Below, one piece after another: positions 9,446-17,126 of a DNA stretch of 64,000 bases; position 1 is the stretch's first letter, and the number at the start of each line of letters is the position of its first letter. Below the pieces are notes generated by a model that saw nothing but the letters and a program-made list of their open reading frames with translations, searched no databases and had not been told where the DNA came from. The DNA is from Clostridia bacterium (GTDB lineage Bacteria; Bacillota; Clostridia; Oscillospirales; CAG-382). Location of the stretch: positions 11,848 through 75,847 of the forward strand of contig JAFRPL010000036.1 in assembly GCA_017429165.1 (NCBI GenBank), written 5' to 3'. A program made the translations under genes and the position numbers.

Positions 9446-11218
9446 ATGAAAAGGTGCTTAGTATTTATGCTTTGTTTCATGCTGATGTGTACAGCTTTTA
9501 TGTATTCGTGCGACAACGGCAAAACCGTAGATAGCTCGGCGGTTTCAGAAGAAAACCCGTCCGGAAGCGATACGTCTTCCGCTGAAGTATCCGCAGCCGC
9601 CGGCGAACATGTTTCAGGCACTGCGGTCGTCAACAATATCAGCGAACTTCGTGCGCTGAGCGTCGACGAGGTTGACGTTACAATAACGCTGCTCGGTTAT
9701 TATGAACCCGGCGACGGCGGACAGGGTATATTCTATTGGAGCGAAAAAGAAACGAGCCCCGACAACGGCGGCACGATAATCAAATGTCAAAACGAAAAGG
9801 GACGTTTAGTCAGACTTTGCGAAGAACAGGAAAGAAACGTAAAATGGTTCGGTGCAAAAGGCGACGGCAAGACCGACGACTACGCTGCCATCCAGGCGGC
9901 GATCGACAGTTTGCCCCTGCGCGGCGGTATCGTTCGCATGCCCGGCGGTTCGTATATAATATCTAAGACGTTGAATATCGGCAACGGCAACGCCGCGGAC
10001 AGCCGTTCGACTAAGAACGGTATCTCGCTCATCGGCAACGGTTCGGGTCAGGGAGTTCATTCTTCCGCCGTCCCCACTTCCATTACGGCTGCCGCCGCTA
10101 TGGAAAACGTAATTTCGGTAAACGGACTTATTACAGACGTGGTGCTGCAAGGCCTTTACATCAGCGGCAACCTCACGTCAAAGAACGGCGTGTTCCTTCA
10201 CGCTTTCATCGGTCTGCAGATGAAAGACGTTCGTATCAGCCAGTTCACCGAAAAAGGGCTGTATATTCTCGCCGGCGAGGCGCCTACAGGCAACTACAAC
10301 ATATATAATCGCTTTGAAAATGTAAACGTGACTTCCGGCCGCGACGGCGCCGAATGTCTGTATATGGACGGCTGCTACGAAGCTTCCAACGACACGTGGC
10401 TCACCACCTTTACGCAGTGCGTTTTCGATACGCAGAACGGCAAAGGAAGTTACGGAGCTCATTTCAAATTTGTCGACAGTATCTCTTTCTATTCCTGCAG
10501 ATTTACCGCAGGTGAGGAAAGCACGGGCATACTTTTCGATGCGCTCGACAACAAAGATTTTCCTTCCGGAATAGGATTCTATTCGTGCTCAGTCAGCTCC
10601 ACCAAGGTGCTCGAAGACAACGATCACACCATACGCAAGCAGTATTTCTACGGCTATTCGACCTCCAACGGCGAGATAATCCCCGATCACAGCCGCCTTA
10701 TAGGAATAACAGACACCGGTGTGCCTTTCAATTTTGACGACCTCATGATCAACGGCGGAGACGTATCTGCTCTTCCTGCGAAAAAAGGTCTTGTAGATAT
10801 CTTTAACAATGCAGCTTGGAATCATTACAACCTCGCTGCGTCCGGCGCAAAAGTCGGCGTGCGTATCAACTGCGGCGGCAAGCTTTCCGGCGGGCGCGCA
10901 TATCTCGCCAATTACGATAACACCGTCGGAACGGTATATATCAAAGTATATAAATGGGATATCGATTATGACACCACGATCGACGGCGAAGTCCTTACCG
11001 AATACGATTTTGTCAATTTTAATCAAAACTGTTGGCTTAATTTCGAATTTCCCGATAAACTCGATCCGGGCGAATATCTCGTTGTGTTTTCCGCTACTAC
11101 CAGCGCCGGCGATTACGGCGCAGGTATATGGGCGCAGGCTAAAACGAACAGCGTCGTCACTTACTACAACGGAGTCGAAGCCGATTTCGGCGTAGCGGCG
11201 TCGCTCGATATCAAATAG
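9446..11218 (+). CDS. Pectate-lyase-superfamily beta-helix lipoprotein with an extra ~170-aa C-terminal domain
   Basis: GGAGGG upstream. Signal peptide with Cys (FMYSC). Motifs GYYEPGDGGQGIFYW and NVKWFGAKGDGKTDDYAAIQAAIDSLPLRGGIVRMPGGSYII. It is a tandem paralogue of 11229-12479. Confidence 0.75.
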   Translation: MKRCLVFMLCFMLMCTAFMYSCDNGKTVDSSAVSEENPSGSDTSSAEVSAAAGEHVSGTAVVNNISELRALSVDEVDVTITLLGYYEPGDGGQGIFYWSEKETSPDNGGTIIKCQNEKGRLVRLCEEQERNVKWFGAKGDGKTDDYAAIQAAIDSLPLRGGIVRMPGGSYIISKTLNIGNGNAADSRSTKNGISLIGNGSGQGVHSSAVPTSITAAAAMENVISVNGLITDVVLQGLYISGNLTSKNGVFLHAFIGLQMKDVRISQFTEKGLYILAGEAPTGNYNIYNRFENVNVTSGRDGAECLYMDGCYEASNDTWLTTFTQCVFDTQNGKGSYGAHFKFVDSISFYSCRFTAGEESTGILFDALDNKDFPSGIGFYSCSVSSTKVLEDNDHTIRKQYFYGYSTSNGEIIPDHSRLIGITDTGVPFNFDDLMINGGDVSALPAKKGLVDIFNNAAWNHYNLAASGAKVGVRINCGGKLSGGRAYLANYDNTVGTVYIKVYKWDIDYDTTIDGEVLTEYDFVNFNQNCWLNFEFPDKLDPGEYLVVFSATTSAGDYGAGIWAQAKTNSVVTYYNGVEADFGVAASLDIK

Positions 11219-11228
11219 GGTGGCCGAT

Positions 11229-12479
11229 ATGAAAAGATTCAAAACGATCATCGGAATATTATCGGCACTCATCGTTTGCGCGGTCGTGCTCACTTCATGC
11301 GCCGGCGCCAGCGTTTCTGATATCAACGTGCTCGCGGATCAAGAGCTCGATACCGATGCTGCAGAGGTAAATATGGGATCTGTAATTTCGTATTCGTTCG
11401 ATAACGTTATGCAAATGCGCAAATATGTTCCCGCGCAGAAAAACGCTTCTGTTTTGCTCAAAGGTTATTATTATACTTCTGACGGCGGCGGCGGGATGTT
11501 TTATTGGGACGGCGAATCCACTCTTGAACACGACGGCGGGCTAGTAATAGCTCCGAACGACGCCGAAAAGGGAAGATATATCCGTATCTGCGAAAGCGAT
11601 TACCGCAACGTCAAATGGTTCGGTGCGCTCGGCAGCGGTTCCAACAACGATACCGACGCCATAAGGAAAGCTATCGCCAGCCTGCCTCCTTCGGGCGGCA
11701 CCGTGTATTTTCCCGGAGGTACCTACTGCATCAACGATACGATAAATATCGGTAACGGCGACGGCGAGGGCGTCCGTTCGGAATACAACGGCATAAAGCT
11801 TCTCGGCTGCGGTTGTTCCATTAGAGCTACAAGAGATATCGACGTAATGATATCGATCAACGGCAGGATATGCGACGTCGTGATCGACGGGATCGATATT
11901 TACGCTAATCAGCTTGCAAAGACTTGCATTTTGGCGCGTGCTGTCAACTCGCTGCGTATTTCCAACCTTGCCGTGAGTATGTTTACCGAATGCGGCCTGC
12001 ATCTGATAGGCGGGAAGACAAACGGCAACGGAAACGTCAACTGCACTTTTGAATCAGTTAATTCTGTTTCTATAGTAAACAACGTCATTTGCGTGCTTAT
12101 CGACGGCGACGCCACGACTTGTCCTACTGAAAACTGCAGGTTTATCGACAGCCGCTTTGACGTTCATACCACCGCGGGCAGTATGGCAACGCTTATACGC
12201 AACGCTCACAGTATCGATTTTTACCGCTGCCACTTCGCCGGTTACAACGACGAAGAGTCGGAATATCTCGTGCTCGAAGCAACGGCGGACGGTTCACCGT
12301 ACGGCATTACCTACTACGACTGTTCGGTGAAGCGCATCAAAGTTATAGAAGAAAACGGAAATTCCATAGGCGACAGTTTCTTCTACGGATACGGCACGTA
12401 CGATCTCGAAGATTTGCCAGACCATCCGCGCCTTCACGGCATTACGGACAGCGGCATGCCGTTCCAGATAGGCGGATGA
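11229..12479 (+). CDS. Pectate-lyase-superfamily beta-helix lipoprotein
   Basis: ATG 11229 follows AGGGTGG. Lipobox VVLTSC. Motifs GYYYTSDGGGGMFYW and NVKWFGALGSGSNNDTDAIRKAIASLPPSGGTVYFPGGTYCI. Confidence 0.75.
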   Translation: MKRFKTIIGILSALIVCAVVLTSCAGASVSDINVLADQELDTDAAEVNMGSVISYSFDNVMQMRKYVPAQKNASVLLKGYYYTSDGGGGMFYWDGESTLEHDGGLVIAPNDAEKGRYIRICESDYRNVKWFGALGSGSNNDTDAIRKAIASLPPSGGTVYFPGGTYCINDTINIGNGDGEGVRSEYNGIKLLGCGCSIRATRDIDVMISINGRICDVVIDGIDIYANQLAKTCILARAVNSLRISNLAVSMFTECGLHLIGGKTNGNGNVNCTFESVNSVSIVNNVICVLIDGDATTCPTENCRFIDSRFDVHTTAGSMATLIRNAHSIDFYRCHFAGYNDEESEYLVLEATADGSPYGITYYDCSVKRIKVIEENGNSIGDSFFYGYGTYDLEDLPDHPRLHGITDSGMPFQIGG

Positions 12480-12483
12480 TCAT

Positions 12484-14013
12484 ATGACGCACAACGACGC
12501 TTCGTTCAAAACAACCGACAAACTGCTTACCGCGATCTACGAGAGCGCTGTCAGGACAGAAAAAAACAACATCGTCGATTTCAACGGCAGGCGCGCAGTA
12601 GTAGAAGGCGGCGATTACCGCAACCTCTGGCTCGAAACACAGCCTATGGGCGGCGAGATGTACGCAAAATACGATCTCGAGGCCGGCTTCAACAACATTG
12701 ACCTGTTTATGGACGCAATGGACGATGAAGGCATGATGCCCGGTATGCTCACCTATATCGATAACGTTTACGGCGAGCGGCACGATTTTATCCAGGGCTA
12801 CTGTTTCCCGTATCCCGCGCTGAATATGTTTTATCTCATAGGCGAGGACAGGGATTGGCTTTTAAAGCTCTACAACGTGCTCAAGCTCAACGACGAATGG
12901 TTCTGGAAAAATCGTGAAAGCGACGGTGACGGATGTCTCGAAGCCTGGTGCCCGTGCGATACCGGCGAGGACTATTCGGCAAAGTTTTTCGGCGCTCCGC
13001 ATTTCTGGACAGCCAAAACGCCCCCTGACGAGTCCTGGGCAAAGTATCATCTCCCGCGTGAATCGATGGATCTTATGGCGTATTCTTACGACGCGCGCAA
13101 TACGCTCGCAAAAATAAGCACCATTCTCGAAAACGGCGAAACCGAATACTGGCTCGAAAAAGCCGGATACGTAAAAAACAAAGTCCGCTCGTATCTGTGG
13201 CGCGAAGAAAAACACGCGTGCTACGACCGCGACGAGAATAACGAATTTTTAGAGATACTGGTCCATAATAACATTCGTTGTATGTATCACGGTTTGTTCG
13301 ACCAGCATATGGCTGATGACTTCATCAAATACCATATGTTCAATCCCGAAGAGTTCTGGACCAAGATGCCGCTGCCTTCTATCGCGGTTAACGATCCGTG
13401 TTTCAAAAACATAAAGACCAACGACTGGAGCGGTCAGCCCGAAGGGCTTACCTTCCAGCGTTCGGTACGCGCTCTTGAAAACTACGGTCATTATGCTGAG
13501 CAGGTGCGAGTCGCCGAAAAGCTGTTTACCGGTGTCGGTATGCAGGGGCTTTTTACACAGCAGTTCGATCCGTTTACCGGCGAACCGTCTATGGAAAACA
13601 ATCCTGGCGATTACGGTCCCACGCTGCTTGCCTGCCTTGAGTATATGTCGCGTCTATACGGCGTGAGCCGGAGTTTGGATACTATGATCTGGGGCGCTTT
13701 TGCAAAAGAAAGCAATTCATACGATTATACTCAGAAATACGGCGAAAACGAATATCGCATAATGAGCGATTCCGTGAATGCCACAGGTTACGTTAACGGT
13801 AAGCCGGTATTCACGGTAAGCTGCGGCTGCCGTATTGAGACCGGTCTTGACGGTACAGTGAAACGCGTCATGGGTATAAACAGAAGACCTGCCCATATCC
13901 GCATAAATACTGAATGCCGCGAGTTTGACGCTTTTCTTGAGCCCAACGCGGTCATCGATATCGAAAACGGCGTGTTTGTTCCTGACGATTCCGTTAAGTA
14001 TTACGGTGATTGA
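12484..14013 (+). CDS. Cytoplasmic (no signal peptide) glycoside-hydrolase-like protein, probably (alpha/alpha)6 six-hairpin fold (GH63/trehalase/MGH1-like)
   Basis: 509 aa with no N-terminal hydrophobic segment. Rich in Trp/acidic motifs typical of six-hairpin glycosidases: LWLETQPMGGEMY, CDTGEDYS, NDWSGQPEGLTFQ, FDPFTGEP. The fold and family call is from memory and not verified. Confidence 0.5.
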   Translation: MTHNDASFKTTDKLLTAIYESAVRTEKNNIVDFNGRRAVVEGGDYRNLWLETQPMGGEMYAKYDLEAGFNNIDLFMDAMDDEGMMPGMLTYIDNVYGERHDFIQGYCFPYPALNMFYLIGEDRDWLLKLYNVLKLNDEWFWKNRESDGDGCLEAWCPCDTGEDYSAKFFGAPHFWTAKTPPDESWAKYHLPRESMDLMAYSYDARNTLAKISTILENGETEYWLEKAGYVKNKVRSYLWREEKHACYDRDENNEFLEILVHNNIRCMYHGLFDQHMADDFIKYHMFNPEEFWTKMPLPSIAVNDPCFKNIKTNDWSGQPEGLTFQRSVRALENYGHYAEQVRVAEKLFTGVGMQGLFTQQFDPFTGEPSMENNPGDYGPTLLACLEYMSRLYGVSRSLDTMIWGAFAKESNSYDYTQKYGENEYRIMSDSVNATGYVNGKPVFTVSCGCRIETGLDGTVKRVMGINRRPAHIRINTECREFDAFLEPNAVIDIENGVFVPDDSVKYYGD

Positions 14014-14020
14014 TAAATAT

Positions 14021-14056
14021 ATAACGGCGGCATATTGACCGCCGTTATGCTTTTGC
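14021..14056 (+). terminator. Intrinsic terminator after the 7892-14013 operon
   Basis: Stem ataacggcgg (14021-14030) / ccgccgttat (14039-14048), followed by gcttttgc. Confidence 0.7.
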
Positions 14057-14071
14057 AGGATAGATAAATAT

Positions 14072-14108
14072 AGAAAAGATAACAGCTCCCGTGTGTTGCG
14101 GGAGCTGT
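14072..14108 (-). terminator. Intrinsic terminator of the AI-2E transporter gene
   Basis: Stem acagctcccg (14082-14091) / cgggagctgt (14099-14108), with a U-rich tract on the minus strand (plus-strand aaaagat). Confidence 0.7.
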
Positions 14109-14111
14109 CGT

Positions 14112-15473
14112 TTATTTTTCGTGTTTGAATATGCTTTTGATCTTTTTGAATAACTTGCTGAAAAACTCGGCTACGCCGCTGTTGCGAGGCTTTACGCGTT
14201 CTTCGATCTCTTCGAGTTTTTCCGCCTCATGATCTATCATTTCAAAGCGTTCTTCCTGCGTATTATATGAGTGGACCTCCAGATAGTACTCGGTGTCGAC
14301 AGGGTATCCTTTTGAGGCGGCGCGTTTGTCTGTAAGTCGGTGGATGACATTCGCGATGACTGCGAGCATGGGAACGCCGAGTATCAGGCCGATAAATCCG
14401 AACATAGCGCCGAAGAAAAGCAATGCGAAAGTCACCCAGAATTCCGAAACGCCGGTCACGTTGCCGAGTATCTTAGGCGCGATTATATTGCCTTCGATCT
14501 GCTGCAGTATGAATATGAATATGATGAATATCAGCGCTTTGATAGGGCTTATGATGAAGATGATAATAGCCGAAGGGATAGCGCCTATGAACGGGCCGAA
14601 GAATGGTATGATATTCGTAATACCGACGAGCGCCGCGATAAGCGCTGAATAAGGTATGCCTGCTATAAGGTTGAAAACAAAGCAGATGATACCGACGACG
14701 AGCGAATCGATGACAGATCCGAGCATGTATTTGCCGAAAACGCGGTACCCGACTCTGCCGATATCGACAATAAGATTTGACGTTTCAGGCTTGAACGTTG
14801 CGTAAACTATCTTCTTTGACCATTTGACAAAGTCTTTTTTCTCGTTCAGTATATATATCGCTATAATAAAACCAATAAGAAAATCGAGTATGAATTTGAG
14901 CACGTTCCAGGCTGCGCTGGTGATAGTCGAAACGCTTGAAAGCAATGAATTGTTTACCCACGCTTCAAACTGCGCGAATGCGGTATCGACATATTTCTGG
15001 AAATTGCCGGCCCATGATTTGTCGGCGTTCCATTCATCAAGTTTTGAATTGACCCTCTGTATCAGGTCCGGTATGTCTTTTGCAAAAGTTTTTATGGAGT
15101 TGAGCAGCTCGGGGATGATCAGCATTGCGACGAGAGCAACCAAAAGTACGCCTATTGTGATCGCGATAGCTATCGACCAGTGGCGCGCTTTGACTTCCGC
15201 CTTTTTGCGAACGCGTTCTCTTTTTGACGCTTCAAAACGTTTTTGAAAACTTTCGTGAAGAAGAACGACGATCGGGTTAAGAATTAACGCGAACATCAAA
15301 CCGCATAAGATTGATGCCAGATACCTGAGATAATAGTTGACCGTTTCTTTGATCGAAGGAAAATACCAGATCAGCGAAAAAACGGCAAGGCACGCTACGA
15401 TAAGCCAAAAGATGCCTTTATAATCGCGGAACGTCTTGGTGCGATTTTCATTGGAATTGTTTTCAATATCCAT
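14112..15473 (-). CDS. AI-2E family (PerM/UPF0118) membrane transporter
   Basis: Polytopic membrane protein of the usual size. The C-terminal conserved stretch is IIPFFGPFIGAIPSAIIIFI...LQQIEGNIIAPKILG...GLILGVPMLAV. AAGGAG lies upstream of the ATG. Confidence 0.85.
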   Translation of the reverse strand: MDIENNSNENRTKTFRDYKGIFWLIVACLAVFSLIWYFPSIKETVNYYLRYLASILCGLMFALILNPIVVLLHESFQKRFEASKRERVRKKAEVKARHWSIAIAITIGVLLVALVAMLIIPELLNSIKTFAKDIPDLIQRVNSKLDEWNADKSWAGNFQKYVDTAFAQFEAWVNNSLLSSVSTITSAAWNVLKFILDFLIGFIIAIYILNEKKDFVKWSKKIVYATFKPETSNLIVDIGRVGYRVFGKYMLGSVIDSLVVGIICFVFNLIAGIPYSALIAALVGITNIIPFFGPFIGAIPSAIIIFIISPIKALIFIIFIFILQQIEGNIIAPKILGNVTGVSEFWVTFALLFFGAMFGFIGLILGVPMLAVIANVIHRLTDKRAASKGYPVDTEYYLEVHSYNTQEERFEMIDHEAEKLEEIEERVKPRNSGVAEFFSKLFKKIKSIFKHEK

Positions 15474-15542
15474 AGCGTACTCCTTTTTCTTTATATTTTA
15501 CATTATTTTTTTTACTAATACAATACTTTTTTAAAAATATTT

Positions 15543-15935
15543 TTATCTTCTGCGCAATAATTTTCGTTTAGAGGGCCTCTTGGTTTTAGTTCGCGACATT
15601 ATCACAAACACGGTGAGACCGGCGGCGGCGCAAACGAGCGGGGAAGCGAACGAAGAAACGCTTTCGGCGCCTGCAAACAGCGAAAAGCACAGCAAAAGTA
15701 TAGCAAGCAGAGCCGAGAAGATAAGCGCATCGTACGGTCTGCCGCTTGCACGGACGAGATATCCGCATGATATCAGAACCGATATCAGATCCGCGGCACA
15801 TCCCGCATAGAAAGCGAGCGTTTTGTCAGCGTCTGTCTTCAGAAGCACATAAGCAAATATCGCCGAAACTGATACGAGAACAACAAGAAATATTATAAAC
15901 GCAAATCCCCAGCGTTTAACGGTTTCTACTTTCAT
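15543..15935 (-). CDS. Small 4-TM membrane protein with a basic C-terminal tail; function unknown
   Basis: ATG 15935 follows AAGGGG. Four hydrophobic segments. The tail is TKTKRPSKRKLLRRR. Confidence 0.5.
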   Translation of the reverse strand: MKVETVKRWGFAFIIFLVVLVSVSAIFAYVLLKTDADKTLAFYAGCAADLISVLISCGYLVRASGRPYDALIFSALLAILLLCFSLFAGAESVSSFASPLVCAAAGLTVFVIMSRTKTKRPSKRKLLRRR

Positions 15936-15987
15936 GATAAGACCCCTTATAACTGTTATATTCAATTATATTAAGAGCCCTATGATA

Positions 15988-17025
15988 TTATGCGCCGAAA
16001 ATGATCTGCGCCAGTTCGACGAACGCTCTGTCGGCAGCTGAATAATCCGCTCTCAGGGAATATATGGATTCTATCTTCATATGCAGATTTCTCGCTTGTC
16101 CCATATAATCAACGGCGGCGTTTATTCCATCTTGGTATATCTTATTGATTCTCATCAGTTCCTGCTTGCGCACTTTGTATTCATCCGTCTTAATAAACCG
16201 CTTTTTATTTACTTTTTTTACGTTTTCTAATTCAAAATATCTTCCGCCGACGTATGCATTTTCGCCTAAACACAGCGCGCTGACGCTTTCGGCGTTTACC
16301 GGCGAAGGAATCACGATGCATTCTATTCCTTTAATTTTACATTTTTCAGCCGCAGTCGCAAGCAAAAGTTCCGAAGAACCGAAATAGTCCCCGATAACTG
16401 TTATACTTGAAATGTTTTCCGGCAAAGATATGCTGAACCCTTCGCAGTTGAAACAGGCACACGGCTTTACATTCGCTTTGCCGCGGAGACCGCCTTTAAG
16501 AATATGATCGGTAAAACGCTCTGCTTTGTCTGTGATCATTAGATCCTTCAATACTTTTTTCATTATAAGATCTGCTTTGCCCGCGGCGCCGAGCGATAAA
16601 TAAGCTTTTGAATACAATTCTTTTTTCTTGCGATCCGTGGTTTCTATAATGGAGCCGTATTTTTCGGCGAAATCGTTTTCGTAGCCTGGTGAAATATCGA
16701 TTATCTTATCTTTGACCAAAGGCATACTTGCTTCAAGCACGTGCGGGGCTGTCCCGTCGGCGACGGCGGCGCCGAGTTCGGGAAATATTACTCCGTCAAA
16801 CGAACAGGTGTCAGCCGAACACTTTACCGGAACTGCTTTTGTTCCCAACTGTAGGCCCCTGTAATAAAGTCTTTTCATAAGAGTCGATTTGCCGCATCCC
16901 GGCGTACCTTTAAGGATAAATCTTTTTTTTGCGTTTTCCAGTAGTTTTTCGAGCGCGGGAACGTAACCCGCGTATGTGTTATAACCTGCGAATAAACAGC
17001 CGAAATCAATGCTTTTCGTAACAAT
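15988..17025 (-). CDS. P-loop ATPase (PRK06851-like, family recalled from memory); start codon unresolved
   Basis: The first canonical start (ATG 16878) lies downstream of the Walker A. The frame is open upstream to an in-frame TGA at 17035-17037. That upstream stretch encodes IVTKSIDFGCLFAGYNTYAGYVPALEKLLENAKKRFILKGTPGCGKSTL. GGAGGA sits at 17026-17031. Confidence 0.6.
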   Translation of the reverse strand: MVTKSIDFGCLFAGYNTYAGYVPALEKLLENAKKRFILKGTPGCGKSTLMKRLYYRGLQLGTKAVPVKCSADTCSFDGVIFPELGAAVADGTAPHVLEASMPLVKDKIIDISPGYENDFAEKYGSIIETTDRKKKELYSKAYLSLGAAGKADLIMKKVLKDLMITDKAERFTDHILKGGLRGKANVKPCACFNCEGFSISLPENISSITVIGDYFGSSELLLATAAEKCKIKGIECIVIPSPVNAESVSALCLGENAYVGGRYFELENVKKVNKKRFIKTDEYKVRKQELMRINKIYQDGINAAVDYMGQARNLHMKIESIYSLRADYSAADRAFVELAQIIFGA

Positions 17026-17050
17026 TCCTCCAAATCACAACTCTGTTGCC

Positions 17051-17079
17051 ATTATATTCGCATTCAATATGTATGACAT
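17051..17079 (-). promoter_or_regulatory. Candidate promoter ATGTCA-17-TATAAT for the ATPase gene
   Basis: On the minus strand, TATAAT is at 17056-17051 and ATGTCA at 17079-17074. Confidence 0.35.
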
Positions 17080-17108
17080 AAAAAAGCGGAGCGCGTTTGC
17101 GCTCCGCT
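17078..17108 (-). terminator. Intrinsic terminator of the PrsA-like lipoprotein gene
   Basis: Stem agcggagcgc (17085-17094) / gcgctccgct (17099-17108), followed on the minus strand by a U-run (plus-strand A-run 17080-17085). Confidence 0.8.
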
Positions 17109-17126
17109 TTGGTAAAGCTTCAATTT

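Noticed and set aside
16923-16930. Homopolymer (T8 on plus, A8 on the coding strand) as a frameshift site that could rescue a TTG start for the ATPase
   Set aside because: An A9 tract would join a TTG-initiated frame to the P-loop frame. However, the family-like N-terminal sequence (FAGYNTYAGYVP..) is already in the P-loop frame upstream of the tract, so no frameshift is needed there. The problem is the missing start codon.
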